Positions 20,934 through 31,638 of a DNA stretch of 64,000 nt are shown here, in pieces (position 1 is the first letter of the stretch; the number at the start of each line of letters is the position of its first letter). The position numbers and the translations under genes are program-made. Source of the stretch: Deltaproteobacteria bacterium (lineage in GTDB: Bacteria > Myxococcota_A > Polyangia > Fen-1088); assembly GCA_033763315.1 (NCBI GenBank), contig JANRKS010000040.1, positions 235,631 to 299,630 on the forward strand, given 5' to 3'. The notes beneath the pieces are model-generated. The model worked only from the letters and a program-made list of their open reading frames with translations. It searched no databases and was not told where the DNA came from.

Positions 20934-22847
20934 GTGAAAATCGCCGCGCCTTCGCCCCAGCCCGATCCCGCTCACGGCCACAGCACGCCGGCGTTGACTC
21001 TAGCAGCGTTGGGCGTCGTGTTCGGCGACATCGGTACGAGCCCGCTTTACACCTTGAGCGAGTGCTTCCATGCCAAGCATGGCGCTGCCACGACGCCACT
21101 TATCGTGCTGGGTGTTTTGTCATTAATCTTCTGGTCGCTGGTTGTGGTGATCGCTTTTAAGTACCTCGCGATGATTCTGCGTGCGGACAACGGAGGCGAA
21201 GGCGGCATCTTTGCGCTGTTGGCGTTGATGCCCGAACGGTTGCTGCCAAACGCGCAGGGCCGTCTGCGTTGGACCACATTGCTTGCGTTGATCGGCGCCG
21301 CTTTGCTTTTTGGCGACGGCATCATCACGCCCGCGATTTCCGTCCTGAGTGCCATGGAGGGCCTCGAGGTGGTGGCCCCCGCGTATCATTGGGCAGTCCT
21401 TCCGGCCACGTGTGCGGTGCTGCTGGGCTTATTTGCAATGCAAAGCCGCGGCACCGGCGCGATAGGCGTTGTGTTTGGCCCCATCATGGTTGTTTGGTTC
21501 GTCACCTTGGCGGCGCTGGGCATCAACCAGATCAGCCAAAACCCGAGCGTCCTTTGGGCGTTGAACCCCATCTACGCCATTCGGTTCTTCGCGTCCGAGG
21601 GGCCCACGGGGTTTCTCATTCTGGGCGCGGTGGTCCTGGCCATCACCGGTGGCGAAGCGCTTTACGCTGATTTGGGCCACTTCGGTCGCAGGCCGATTCG
21701 GATCGCCTGGTTTGCGGTGGCGATGCCCGCACTCGTTCTAAATTATTTTGGCCAAGGTGCCCTTGTCCTTGCGCACCCAGGCTCAAGTGGCTCGCCGTTT
21801 TACTCACTTGTGCCCGCGGGGCCGTGGACGTACGCACTCATCGCTTTGGCCACGGCGGCAACGGTCATCGCATCGCAGGCCCTGATCTCGGGCGCGTTTT
21901 CGCTCACCCACCAAGCGGTTCGCCTTGGGTTCTTCCCGACGGTTCGTGTGACCCACACGTCGAGACACTCCGAAGGCCAGATCTACATCCCTGCCGTGAA
22001 CTGGATGTTGGCCGCCGCTTGCACCGCATTGGTCCTGATGTTCAAACGATCGAGCAACTTGGCCGCGGCGTACGGCCTGGCCGTCACCGGCACAATGGCG
22101 ATAACAACCATCATCTACTTCGAGGTCGTACGCACGCGATGGCAATGGCCGCTATGGAAAGCGCTGCCCCCGGTGCTTCTGTTTTTGATCTTCGATGTTG
22201 CCTATTTCATTGCGGCGTCGTTCAAGTTCGTCGATGGCGGATACATTCCCGTCATCATCGCGGTCGGCTTTTTCATCGTAATGTGGACCTGGAAGCGCGG
22301 TTGGGACATCTACCGGGAGCACGTCAAAGAAACCGTTCCCAAGCTTGATCGCCTGTTCACCGAAGGCGCCGGTAAGGGCGTGGCACGAACGCCTGGCACA
22401 GGTGTGTTCCCCACGGGCGTGCAAGGCGGCGTGCCACCGGTCTTATCGAATTTGATCACGCGCATCGGTGTGCTGCCCGCCGAGGTGGTGTTGCTGCACA
22501 TGACAACGGCGCGCGAGCCGTACGTCAGCCTTCGAGAGCAAAAACCCCAGCTTGAGGCGTTGGGCGATGGGCTCTACCGGCTGTCGGTGTGCATTGGCTT
22601 TATGGATCGCCCCAGCGTGCCCGTCGTGTTGGCAGAAGCCGTCGCGGCCAGCGGCCATTCGATCGACGTTGAGAACGTCACGTACTATGTGGGCCGTTAT
22701 ACTTTCGTGGCCTCCGCCGCTGGCAAGATGGGTCGCCGCGCGGAGTGGCTGTTCGCATTGCTTACGCGCAACGCCCAGCCGCTGCCTGACCACCTGGACA
22801 TTCCTTGGCGCCAAGTGGTTGAAATCGGCGCGCAGATCGATCTATGA
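20934..22847 (+). CDS. kup: KUP/HAK/KT potassium transporter
   Basis: LGVVFGDIGTSPLY, DNGGEGG, GDGIITPAISVLSA, GGEALYADLGHFG and GQIYIP. GTG start inferred. Confidence 0.93.
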   Translation: MKIAAPSPQPDPAHGHSTPALTLAALGVVFGDIGTSPLYTLSECFHAKHGAATTPLIVLGVLSLIFWSLVVVIAFKYLAMILRADNGGEGGIFALLALMPERLLPNAQGRLRWTTLLALIGAALLFGDGIITPAISVLSAMEGLEVVAPAYHWAVLPATCAVLLGLFAMQSRGTGAIGVVFGPIMVVWFVTLAALGINQISQNPSVLWALNPIYAIRFFASEGPTGFLILGAVVLAITGGEALYADLGHFGRRPIRIAWFAVAMPALVLNYFGQGALVLAHPGSSGSPFYSLVPAGPWTYALIALATAATVIASQALISGAFSLTHQAVRLGFFPTVRVTHTSRHSEGQIYIPAVNWMLAAACTALVLMFKRSSNLAAAYGLAVTGTMAITTIIYFEVVRTRWQWPLWKALPPVLLFLIFDVAYFIAASFKFVDGGYIPVIIAVGFFIVMWTWKRGWDIYREHVKETVPKLDRLFTEGAGKGVARTPGTGVFPTGVQGGVPPVLSNLITRIGVLPAEVVLLHMTTAREPYVSLREQKPQLEALGDGLYRLSVCIGFMDRPSVPVVLAEAVAASGHSIDVENVTYYVGRYTFVASAAGKMGRRAEWLFALLTRNAQPLPDHLDIPWRQVVEIGAQIDL

Positions 22848-22875
22848 GGCATGCGGCGCCTCCAGACGCCGACGC

Positions 22876-23343
22876 TCATTTGCCCTTCGTCTTCGCTTTT
22901 CGCGGCACGGACCTCGCCTTCGTGGGCGTCTTGCTTGCTTTGGCCGCTTTGGCCTTCACAGCGGCGTCGATCTTGCTTTTCACGTATGCGATCGATTCGT
23001 CCCACAGCGGCGAATCCGAGCCGAGGTCGGTCAATTGTTCGGGACTGATCAACGCCCACCCCGACATGGCGCGGTTCCCGCCTGCGATGAAAGGCCGATA
23101 GCCTAAAGTGTCAATCAACGTTTGCACCCGTGCCTGCGGCAAGGTGATGCACACGTCTTCGCCGAACAAAACAGCAACGGCTTTTGTGCCAAGAAAAAAT
23201 CCAGGGCAGCCGAACATCTTTCCCGGGCGCAGCAAAGGTCGATCAGCGAGCGCTTCCGAAAGCAGCGCATGCGTGGCTTTGTCTGCGGGAGGTATAACCA
23301 TCTTTGTGCGCGCGGCCGCAGGCGTCTTCGGTTGTTTTTGCAT
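22876..23343 (-). CDS. TfoX-N/YjbR-like small protein with a basic C-terminal tail
   Basis: GKMFGCPGF...RPF...RAMSGW pattern and a Lys/Ala-rich tail. Start uncertain. Confidence 0.55.
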   Translation of the reverse strand: MQKQPKTPAAARTKMVIPPADKATHALLSEALADRPLLRPGKMFGCPGFFLGTKAVAVLFGEDVCITLPQARVQTLIDTLGYRPFIAGGNRAMSGWALISPEQLTDLGSDSPLWDESIAYVKSKIDAAVKAKAAKASKTPTKARSVPRKAKTKGK

Positions 23344-23353
23344 CACGTGAGAC

Positions 23354-24553
23354 TTAAATCGAAGGGATGCGCTCTTTGGTAAAGAGTGTGAAGGTAAGCC
23401 CGGTTGCCTCTTGCCGTTGCTCAATCCACGCCACGCGCGTGGGCCCCACGGCGATTTCTACGCTGTCCAACGTTGGAACGGATCGAAACAAGCGGTTTTT
23501 GACCACGCCGCGTCCACACGCCACCGGCACCAAAGCGTTCGGCGAAGCTAGCTCCATCTTGTAAAGCGCTCCGTCGTTGAGCTGTGCCTTCGACGGCAGT
23601 TGCTGCATGTAGAACGTGTCGCCCGCGCTGGCCAACACGTTGAAGAACGGACCTGAGTTTGCACGTTCGATCAAGGGCCGCGGGTTCATGCCATCGAGAT
23701 CCAGCGCCACCACACGGCTGCCTCCACTTCCCGTTGTGCAAACCACAGCGGTGCTGCCAAACACCACGGGCTGTAGCTGCACAAGGCACGTGCCCGACTT
23801 CACAACCCCGAACGGCGTGGGCAGCGCCGCAGCCGCAGAAACATCAAGCACGTTGTACCCGAACGCACCCGTCATCATCGGAAGGGTTTGCGTGAAGTAC
23901 AGTTTGGCGCCAACGAGTTGCGTGCCCAACATGGTTGAACCATCCACGTCGGCGATGGTTGCGGCCCCGCCGCCACCAAGGGCGATGCGGGCCACGCGCT
24001 GTTTGCCTGCGGCCTTGCTCACCACATAGACGCTTGCGGCATCGATGCCCACCACGCGCGCCTCAGCGAGATCGATGCCCACCTGCGTGGGCGTCCCGCC
24101 GGCAATGGGCATCTTCATCACGCGTGACTTGGTGGGCGCCGCCGTGTAGTCGTCGTCGACGAAAACGATGTCCGTTGCGTTCACCATAAAACCCGCGATG
24201 ACGTGCTGGGCTGCCGCAGTAAAGAGCGTTGTCACTATGCCGCCCGCGCTGGCCACCCGCCGGATCGAACCGGGTGCGCTGCCAACGCCCGCCTCTTGGT
24301 AAAGAAAATCTTCCATCACAGGCAAAAGGTTTGAGCCCGCGATGTTGGCCACCAAAACCAGCGGCGGCGGGGCGTTGCAGGTTGTTGCGATAGCCCCACC
24401 GGCCCCTGTGTCTGTACCTCCACCATCCATCAAACCGGCGTCTGTCGCGCCAGTCTCTTCTGATTCATCATCGCTGCACGCGAGCAGTGGCACGCAGGCC
24501 ATGAAAGCGACAAAAAACCGCCACCCGGATCTTGCGAATGCTTTCTGCGTCAT
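23354..24553 (-). CDS. Lipoprotein, probable beta-propeller
   Basis: Lipobox PLLAC, D/G-rich linker and repeated beta-strand blades (IRRVASAGG, VMKMPIAGG, VARIALGGG). Confidence 0.65.
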   Translation of the reverse strand: MTQKAFARSGWRFFVAFMACVPLLACSDDESEETGATDAGLMDGGGTDTGAGGAIATTCNAPPPLVLVANIAGSNLLPVMEDFLYQEAGVGSAPGSIRRVASAGGIVTTLFTAAAQHVIAGFMVNATDIVFVDDDYTAAPTKSRVMKMPIAGGTPTQVGIDLAEARVVGIDAASVYVVSKAAGKQRVARIALGGGGAATIADVDGSTMLGTQLVGAKLYFTQTLPMMTGAFGYNVLDVSAAAALPTPFGVVKSGTCLVQLQPVVFGSTAVVCTTGSGGSRVVALDLDGMNPRPLIERANSGPFFNVLASAGDTFYMQQLPSKAQLNDGALYKMELASPNALVPVACGRGVVKNRLFRSVPTLDSVEIAVGPTRVAWIEQRQEATGLTFTLFTKERIPSI

Positions 24554-24670
24554 GGCGGGATATTAACGCAAATCGCCCCGCATGTCGGCGGCGTTCTAGA
24601 ACAGGCTTTCGATACGTTCCTCCCCAAACACGTCCTTACGGCAGCCTCGACAGCGTGCATTTAGCGATGT

Positions 24671-26074
24671 TTAGGCCTTGATGTCCGCTAGTTCGCCGCG
24701 ACACGCGGCTGGATGGCCAAACTTTGTGGTGGGCACACCCATGCCGTTGGCGATCGTTGTGAAAAGATCGCCGTTGGAGGGAACGTTTGGCGAATCACTC
24801 GGGCCCCAACGGACGTTGTCGTTGTCGTAACTAAGGAACTGCCCTGGCTTGAGATAACCGCCCAGGTTACCTGCCAAAAGCCATTTGTTGTTGTGGTACG
24901 AGTGGCCGGGTTGGGCAATCTCACCGCACCACAAAACAGCCGTGTGGTAGAGCATTGGTTTGCCATCGGCCTCTTTGAGCTCGGTGAGCAGGTTCAATAC
25001 CTTCGCAAAGAGATCTGAATGCAGACGGTAGTAGCGTTTGGCGATGTCCAGCCGCGCCTTGTCTTGATCTTCCTTTTTGTTGACGTCGAGCTTGTGCACG
25101 AGATCGTGTAGATCCGTGGTGCCTGCGGCGCCCGGTGTGTAGCCAAAGGCGCTGGGCGCGGGCTCTTCCACCTGGAAGCAAAACACGCGCGTCAGATCGC
25201 ACGCAAAGGCCGCTTGCATCAGTTTCGGCATCGCATCCGAGGTGTTGGCCCACCAGCCCGCGTTGCCTGCATTGGCCTTGATGCCTGTGGGCGCAGAACA
25301 TGAAGCGCCTCCGCCTCCTGTGGCGTCGATGCGAAGCTTTAGTTCATTCACCAAGGTTGCGTGTTGAACCAAACGCTCGCGTTCGGCTTTGCCCATCTTG
25401 TTGCCAACGATGTTGAACTCGTCCTTTATGAAGTCGAGCGCACTTTTGCGTTGATCGAACGCGGACGTGTCCATCATTCGATCGGGCGCTTTGCCCGTGG
25501 GAAACAAGCGCGAGAAGATCACCTGCGGGTTGTATTCGGGCGACACCACCTTGCCCGGACCTTGGTGGTACGGGGTGCCCCACAAGCTGAGGTTGGGCGA
25601 TTTGTCCAAGATTCCAGCGTGCACCAAAGGCAAGGCCGTGGGGGATTTGCCACCGTTTTGCGCCGCCAAGCCCGTGGCAACGTGCGCATCAATGGAAATG
25701 CCGTTGCCCAACTTGCCTTTGATTTGCGTTTGAGCCGTGAGCGACCCCGCCTGCCCGCGTGCGTGCCCGCAGTTCGCATCATTGGGGCCTTGATCAATGC
25801 CCTTGCTATCCACGCCGCCAAGCAAGATGAGATCCTTCTTGAAGGCAGCCAAAGGCTCGTGCAGGTAACCCAATTCAAAGTTGTCGCGCGTGCCCTTCGG
25901 CGTCCACAGCCACGGCAAGGTGCCGTGTTGCGTGTAGAAGATCACAAAACGCGTGGGGATCTTCGTGGCCGCAGAGGCGCGCCTCAAAGTGGGCAAGAAA
26001 GTGGCCGCGCCTCCCAAACCCAACGATTGCAAAACCTGGCGTCGATTGATGGAGTTAATCATCGTGTTCCTCAC
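24671..26074 (-). CDS. DUF1552 (HXXSHH) family Tat-exported protein, copy 1
   Basis: INRRQVLQSLG Tat motif, SIDAHVA, AFACDLTRV, LHDLVH and GEIAQPGH. Confidence 0.85.
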   Translation of the reverse strand: MRNTMINSINRRQVLQSLGLGGAATFLPTLRRASAATKIPTRFVIFYTQHGTLPWLWTPKGTRDNFELGYLHEPLAAFKKDLILLGGVDSKGIDQGPNDANCGHARGQAGSLTAQTQIKGKLGNGISIDAHVATGLAAQNGGKSPTALPLVHAGILDKSPNLSLWGTPYHQGPGKVVSPEYNPQVIFSRLFPTGKAPDRMMDTSAFDQRKSALDFIKDEFNIVGNKMGKAERERLVQHATLVNELKLRIDATGGGGASCSAPTGIKANAGNAGWWANTSDAMPKLMQAAFACDLTRVFCFQVEEPAPSAFGYTPGAAGTTDLHDLVHKLDVNKKEDQDKARLDIAKRYYRLHSDLFAKVLNLLTELKEADGKPMLYHTAVLWCGEIAQPGHSYHNNKWLLAGNLGGYLKPGQFLSYDNDNVRWGPSDSPNVPSNGDLFTTIANGMGVPTTKFGHPAACRGELADIKA

Positions 26075-27825
26075 TGCGAAAAAGCGCTGCGGTAACGGAA
26101 AGCGTTGGTGCGCACCAGGGCCTTCAGCAAGCCGCGGAAATCGCCCTCGTTGTCCACCATTTGATCGGTCAGCGACGCCACACTACAGCCGTCCACCTCT
26201 TGAGTGCTTCGCGCCATCGCGTAGCGGTAGAACTGTTCAACGAAGCACTGGTAGGTTTGTTCGCTGCGCGAAAGCTTTTCCGTCATCTCGATCGCGTTTG
26301 CAAAATCGCCGTCGGCGTCAAAGGAATCCTTGATGTACGCCGATGAATCGATCGGCAGGCCTTCTTCCTCGGTTTGCCATTTACCAATGGCATCGTAGTT
26401 CTCGAAGGCGAAGCCAACGCCATCAATGATTTCGTGGCAGCTCTTGCAGGAGCCGCCCTGCGCTTCGTGCTCAAGCACCAGCCGTTGACGCGTGGTTCGC
26501 TTTACCGAGGTATCAACAGGCGGAATCGAGGGCACCATGTTGTTGGGCGGAGGCGGAGGCGGTTGGCACAATAGAAGATCAAGCACGAATTGCCCTCGCA
26601 GCACCGCCGCTTGGTTTGCGTCGTGTGCCAGACCCGCCAACAAACCGGCCTGCGTCGTCAGTCCGCGGCGCTTGCTGGCGTCAAGTTCCACCGGTGCCAG
26701 CGTGGCACCTTGGGGGGCCGAGACCTCATAGATGAACGCCGTCTTGTCGTTGACCCACGCCTTGTTGCTGGTGAGAAGCTTCTTGATACCGCCCCCCTCC
26801 CCTAACAAGCTGTCAGCCAGAAACTCGTGGAGGCCTTCTGATAAGGCTTGCGCCGTGTCTTGCGTGTATTTGGGAAACAGCGTCTTGTTCTTGCGCTCTG
26901 CCGACGCGTTTCCGGAAACCCGCCCCAGGTGGAGCCACTGGCCCGCAAACTCATTGAGCGCCTGGCGGGCGCGTGGATCGTCGATCATGCGATCAAGTTG
27001 CTCGCCCAAGCCCTCGCTTGTCTCCAGCTTTCCCTCGCGTGCGGCTGTGAACAAAGCCTCGTCCGGCATGGAATCCCACAGCAGGTAAGACAAGCGTGAG
27101 GCCATTTCATAGCCGGTTAGTTTCACAGCGCCTTTTGTGGCATCGCCCTCGCCGAATTCCAGTTTGTAAAGAAACTGTGGCGATGACAGTAAGACCGTCG
27201 TGGTCAGCTCAAGCGCCTTGTTGAACCCAAACGCAGCTTTGCTCTTTGTGAAGAACGCAAGGAACCGCTGCTTCTCGTCTTCCTGCAAAGGGCGTCGAAA
27301 CGCACGCATGCCAAACGAATCTAAAAACGCAGCCGCACAAGACGCTTCCGCCGCTTCACCTGAGCCCCCACACCCCTGCAGCTTCAATGACGCTAGATTT
27401 TGCACAACCGCGGCAGCGGCTGATTGAGCGCCGAGCTCAAACTGTTCGATGAGTGGGTCGGAAGGGTTCTGTCCTTCCCAGTTGTTTGAGAAGCCGTTCG
27501 TAACAACTTCCATGGGCAGCTGGGGTTTTTGCGGCACCTTGATGGGCGCCAACAGCGCGGCCAACGTGTTTTCATATTCGGTGTTGGTTAAGCGGGAAAG
27601 CGGCGTATTGCCCGTATTGAGGCCCTTGGGCTCTTCGCAAACCAAGGTGTAATTTGGGTTGCGCGTCAGCGAACCCGCTTTCGGTGGAGGCGGGTTGCCG
27701 CCGCCTTGACCGCCTTCGTTATCGCCCCCGCCATCACCGTCCGTCGTGGACGCCGTGCATGCGGCAAAACTCGCTGCACAAGTGATACTTAAGGCCGTTA
27801 ACAGGCACGTTCGCAACTGCATCAT
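26071..27825 (-). CDS. DUF1592/DUF1588-family lipoprotein with one heme c motif, copy 1
   Basis: Lipobox FAAC, RLTNTEYEN, AFRRPL, SPQFLY, ASRLSYLLW, CKSCH and FENYDAIG. Confidence 0.88.
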   Translation of the reverse strand: MMQLRTCLLTALSITCAASFAACTASTTDGDGGGDNEGGQGGGNPPPPKAGSLTRNPNYTLVCEEPKGLNTGNTPLSRLTNTEYENTLAALLAPIKVPQKPQLPMEVVTNGFSNNWEGQNPSDPLIEQFELGAQSAAAAVVQNLASLKLQGCGGSGEAAEASCAAAFLDSFGMRAFRRPLQEDEKQRFLAFFTKSKAAFGFNKALELTTTVLLSSPQFLYKLEFGEGDATKGAVKLTGYEMASRLSYLLWDSMPDEALFTAAREGKLETSEGLGEQLDRMIDDPRARQALNEFAGQWLHLGRVSGNASAERKNKTLFPKYTQDTAQALSEGLHEFLADSLLGEGGGIKKLLTSNKAWVNDKTAFIYEVSAPQGATLAPVELDASKRRGLTTQAGLLAGLAHDANQAAVLRGQFVLDLLLCQPPPPPPNNMVPSIPPVDTSVKRTTRQRLVLEHEAQGGSCKSCHEIIDGVGFAFENYDAIGKWQTEEEGLPIDSSAYIKDSFDADGDFANAIEMTEKLSRSEQTYQCFVEQFYRYAMARSTQEVDGCSVASLTDQMVDNEGDFRGLLKALVRTNAFRYRSAFSQ

Positions 27826-27970
27826 GGAACCCCCAAAAAGCGAAGTGTTTCTTGATGATACTTCACAAATCGCCGAAAGCGCAGCCGCAGCCTCAAGGCA
27901 TATCTAGTCGCCTAGGTAAAAGTTAGTAGTCAGGCGTCGCTCGTGCTTACCGGACGGACGCTTGAGCGAG

Positions 27971-28597
27971 CTACTCCAGGTGAACCAAGCCACGATGCAA
28001 AGCCACCGTCACCGCCGCCGTGCGGTCATCGACACCTAGTTTGGCGAGAACCGCTGCAACGTAATTGTTGATTGTGTTCACGCTTAGACCGAGGGCGTTC
28101 GCGACTTCTTTGTTCGTCTTGCCCCTGGCGATCAAGGTCAGCACCGCGCGTTCACGTTCCGTCAAGTGGGCGCGCCCGTCACGCACTTGCAACCTTGCCG
28201 AGACGTCGGCCGGCAAAGCTGCCTCGCCGCGAAATACCGCGCGCACGACCTCCGGCAGCTCTGCATCGACGACGCGCTTAAACACATAAGTGGCAGCGCC
28301 CGCCTTTAGCGCCAAAGCGATGTGCTCATCCCCTTCATAGTGGCTAAGCGCAATGAGGCGCGCGTTTGGAAACTCACTCCGGATGGCCGCCATCGCTTGC
28401 GGTCCATCCATCACCGGCATGCGACAGTCAAGGATTGCAATGTCTGGTTGCACCTCGCGGTAAAGTTTGATGGCTTGAACGCCGTCATCCGCCTCGGCCA
28501 CCACTTCCATGTCGTGCGAGCCTTCGATGATGGCGCGCAACCCGCAGCGCACAAGGTAGTGATCGTCAGCCAAGAGGATGCGAATGCTGTGGCTCAT
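27971..28597 (-). CDS. NarL/FixJ-family response regulator
   Basis: LADDH, ILDCRMP and the LuxR-type HTH LTERERAVL...GKTNKEVA. Confidence 0.93.
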   Translation of the reverse strand: MSHSIRILLADDHYLVRCGLRAIIEGSHDMEVVAEADDGVQAIKLYREVQPDIAILDCRMPVMDGPQAMAAIRSEFPNARLIALSHYEGDEHIALALKAGAATYVFKRVVDAELPEVVRAVFRGEAALPADVSARLQVRDGRAHLTERERAVLTLIARGKTNKEVANALGLSVNTINNYVAAVLAKLGVDDRTAAVTVALHRGLVHLE

Positions 28598-31530
28598 GTT
28601 TTTGCACCTTGGGTGGACGGGATGCGCAGGATAACTTCAGTGCCCTGGCCAGGGGCCGTGTGAAATTCAAGCTGCCCTCCCACCCGTGTGGCCCGCTCGC
28701 GCATGCCTTGCAGGCCAAGACGTCCGTGCCCGTGTTGATCGAGTTCAAAGCCTTGGCCGTTGTCAGCGATACGCACAACGAAGCCTCCCGCTGGATTGGC
28801 ATCCAAGTCGATCGTCACGTGCGGGGCAGCCGCGTGTTTTGCAGCGTTGGTGAGGCTTTCTTGAACGATACGTAGCACGGCGGTCAGTGTTTCCGCTGAC
28901 GCTTGGGGCTCCGGCCCCCGGATGGATACCGTGCAAGTCCCCACTTCCAAGGCTCGATAGTACGCTGCCGCCGCTTGCAGGGCCCCCACCAAGCCTTGCG
29001 CTGGTTGCCGCCGCAGATCCCAAATGAAGTGGCGGGTGTCAGATCGGATATGGCTCACGATGGCGCGCGCGGCGTCCACGTGGGGGCGCCCCGGATCGGC
29101 AGGCTGTGTCCGCTGCTCGATCGCCTTGAGGTGCAGCGCGATGCCTGTGAGACCCTGTTCAAGGGCATCGTGCAAGTCGCGCGAGATGCGCTGCCGCTCG
29201 TCCGCCAGCGTTTCAAACCGACGCTTTACATGGCGCACGCGCAACACCGAAACCAAAGTCGTGAGGCCAGCCAGAACAACCACCAACGCCAACAGACGCA
29301 CTGTGGTGCGTTGGTACCATAAAGGTGGCAACAGAATTTGCATGCGCGTGATCGGCCCCCACACGCCATCTGGACCCGCGGCTTGTACGGCCAGATGATA
29401 GAGCCGCGGCGCGAGGTTGGTGAAGCTTGCGCCGCGCTCGCGCGCCAAGACCACCCAGCCCTCGTCGATGCCCTGCAACTGAAACCGAAACTGGCACAGC
29501 CGCGGCTCAAGGGTTCGCAAGGCCGTGAACTCAACATCAAGCCTGCCGGTCCCGGGTGGCAAAGTTACCTGCGAAGCCGGCGCAATCACGTGCCCCTCAG
29601 CGGTCAGTTTTTCAATGACCGTCGAGGGGGGAGCCAGCGGGGGCGTCACGCGCTTTGGATCCACCACCACCACACCCGCGTTTGTGGAGAACCACAACTC
29701 GCCGCTTTGCATGCGGAACGCCGAAGGGCTTGCAGGAAAGCTAAATTCTGTGCTTTGCAGGCCCCAAGCCGCGTGCCACCGGCGCACTTGCCAACGCCCG
29801 TTCTCAAACCGCACGCGAAACAATCCGGCGCGTGAAGCCGCCCAAACGTCGCCTTGGGCGTCCTCCACAAGCGCCGTGACCGAACCCAGCAACCCGGCCG
29901 ACACCCCGATTTTTTCAGCATGCGTGCCACGAACATGCACCAACCCTTCACGCGTCCCCGCCCATAAACCAAGCGGCGTTTCCACGAGTCCGTACACCAA
30001 CGCGTCTTCCGAAACCGGTAGCCGAAGCTCTTGCACCAAACTGTCCCCTTGCACGCGATAGATGCAACCGTTTGCCCCCACTCGAAGTTGGCCGTCCTTT
30101 GTTTGCAGGGGTGTGGTGGCGATGAGGCCCGACGCATGTTTGGAATCAACCAAGTGCAGTTCACCTTCACTTAAGCGCCCTAACCTTCCGCCCAGGTTCA
30201 ACCAAAGCCCGTCCGACGTCGTGGCTGTCATCCCCCACACCGGCGTGACCCCGGTGGCCCCGCCGCTGAGTCCGGGCACGGGGACATGAGGGGACTCGGG
30301 CAAAGAACGCCTCCACAACTGATCGCCCGTGCCTATCAACAACCGCCCTGCGCTGTCTTGGTTCAAAGCGAGCACCGGGCTGTGGCTGCCTGGCTCGTTT
30401 GCCGCGTCAACGCGTTCGGTACGAGCGGCTCCAGATGGCGAAACGCGCATCAGCAATCCATCCTCGCCCCCTAACCAAACATCACCGTCAGCGCCTTGAA
30501 ACAGCGCCGTCGTGAATGCGGACGGCAAGCCATGTCGCTGGTCCACGATGCGAAACGGCCGGGGGCTAAGCCGGGACAAGCCCGACGTGGTGCCGACCCA
30601 CATCGTTCCCAAGTCATCGGCGGCCAACGCTGTCACGGTGTTGCCGGCGAGCCCCGCTGTGACGTCAAGCATGGCAACCTTTTGCGGGCTTTGCAGCACG
30701 CCCACCCCGCCCCCCCACGTGCCAAACCAAAGTTGCGCTTGCATGTCCTCGGCCAGCGCCGTGATGCGCACGGCAGGGACGCCTTCGGGCACACCGATGC
30801 GCTCAAGCTTGTCTCCGACAATGTGTATCAAGGCGCCGGCGTTCGTGCCGACCCACACACCATGATTTGCCGTCGACAACACACTATAGGCCCCGTCCTT
30901 CGTCATCGCCGTTTCGGCAGCGAAGCCGGTGCGCTGGCCATCGCGCCACCTCCAAAGCGCACGTTCACCTGGCGCGACCCACACGGAACCGTCCGCTGCG
31001 CAAGCCAAGCGTGACACCGCCCCCGCATCCACCTTACGAAGCCGTGCCCCATCGGCTTCCCACAACCCTTGTGTGGTGCCGATCCAAACATGATTGTCCG
31101 GACTTTGGCAGACACTAGCGATGTTGAGCGGGAACAGACCTTGCGCCACACCGAAGCGCGCAAACTGATCTGTGGCGCGATAAAACAACCCGCGGTTCAA
31201 TGTGGACGCCCACAGCCCCCCCGCGTGATCGATCATGAGGGCACGCACTTGCGTTCGCTCGGCGAGGGAGGGCCCAAGACCCAGGGACCTAAACCTGACC
31301 CCATCAAAGCGCATGACGTCGCCGTGCAACCCCAGCACCAGATGACCCGCGCGGTCCCACGCCAGGGATTGCACAGCGGTTGAAGGCAGATCGTCCTGCA
31401 CGCCCCAGCGTTCGACCCGGTAAAAATCAAGCGGCGACGCCGAGAGCACAGCCGCCGCGCACACGGGCTGCACCACCAACAACGGCCATAGCAAGGCCGC
31501 CACGCGCTGGATCCAGCCAAGGCCATTCAT
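28594..31530 (-). CDS. Sensor histidine kinase (Reg_prop beta-propellers, Y_Y_Y, HisKA_3, HATPase)
   Basis: Signal peptide, many LW(V/I/F)GT blades, FTNLAP Y_Y_Y region, a TM helix, ERQRISRDLHD, QESLTNAAKHA, DNGQGF and GLQGMRER. Confidence 0.9.
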   Translation of the reverse strand: MNGLGWIQRVAALLWPLLVVQPVCAAAVLSASPLDFYRVERWGVQDDLPSTAVQSLAWDRAGHLVLGLHGDVMRFDGVRFRSLGLGPSLAERTQVRALMIDHAGGLWASTLNRGLFYRATDQFARFGVAQGLFPLNIASVCQSPDNHVWIGTTQGLWEADGARLRKVDAGAVSRLACAADGSVWVAPGERALWRWRDGQRTGFAAETAMTKDGAYSVLSTANHGVWVGTNAGALIHIVGDKLERIGVPEGVPAVRITALAEDMQAQLWFGTWGGGVGVLQSPQKVAMLDVTAGLAGNTVTALAADDLGTMWVGTTSGLSRLSPRPFRIVDQRHGLPSAFTTALFQGADGDVWLGGEDGLLMRVSPSGAARTERVDAANEPGSHSPVLALNQDSAGRLLIGTGDQLWRRSLPESPHVPVPGLSGGATGVTPVWGMTATTSDGLWLNLGGRLGRLSEGELHLVDSKHASGLIATTPLQTKDGQLRVGANGCIYRVQGDSLVQELRLPVSEDALVYGLVETPLGLWAGTREGLVHVRGTHAEKIGVSAGLLGSVTALVEDAQGDVWAASRAGLFRVRFENGRWQVRRWHAAWGLQSTEFSFPASPSAFRMQSGELWFSTNAGVVVVDPKRVTPPLAPPSTVIEKLTAEGHVIAPASQVTLPPGTGRLDVEFTALRTLEPRLCQFRFQLQGIDEGWVVLARERGASFTNLAPRLYHLAVQAAGPDGVWGPITRMQILLPPLWYQRTTVRLLALVVVLAGLTTLVSVLRVRHVKRRFETLADERQRISRDLHDALEQGLTGIALHLKAIEQRTQPADPGRPHVDAARAIVSHIRSDTRHFIWDLRRQPAQGLVGALQAAAAYYRALEVGTCTVSIRGPEPQASAETLTAVLRIVQESLTNAAKHAAAPHVTIDLDANPAGGFVVRIADNGQGFELDQHGHGRLGLQGMRERATRVGGQLEFHTAPGQGTEVILRIPSTQGAKT

Positions 31531-31570
31531 GCGTAACCTTCAATTATGTGGCTCCTTAACTGAATCGTCT

Positions 31571-31608
31571 ACCGGTTAGAATTAACCGGTCACTCTGTAC
31601 GTAGTGAC
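31571..31608. promoter_or_regulatory. Two adjacent inverted repeats in the divergent kinase/DUF1592 intergenic region
   Basis: ACCGGTTA-gaat-TAACCGGT (31571-31590) and GTCACT-N8-AGTGAC (31589-31608). Confidence 0.45.
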
Positions 31609-31638
31609 TTCGTCTGAAGCGGGTGGTCTTTTAGGGGA

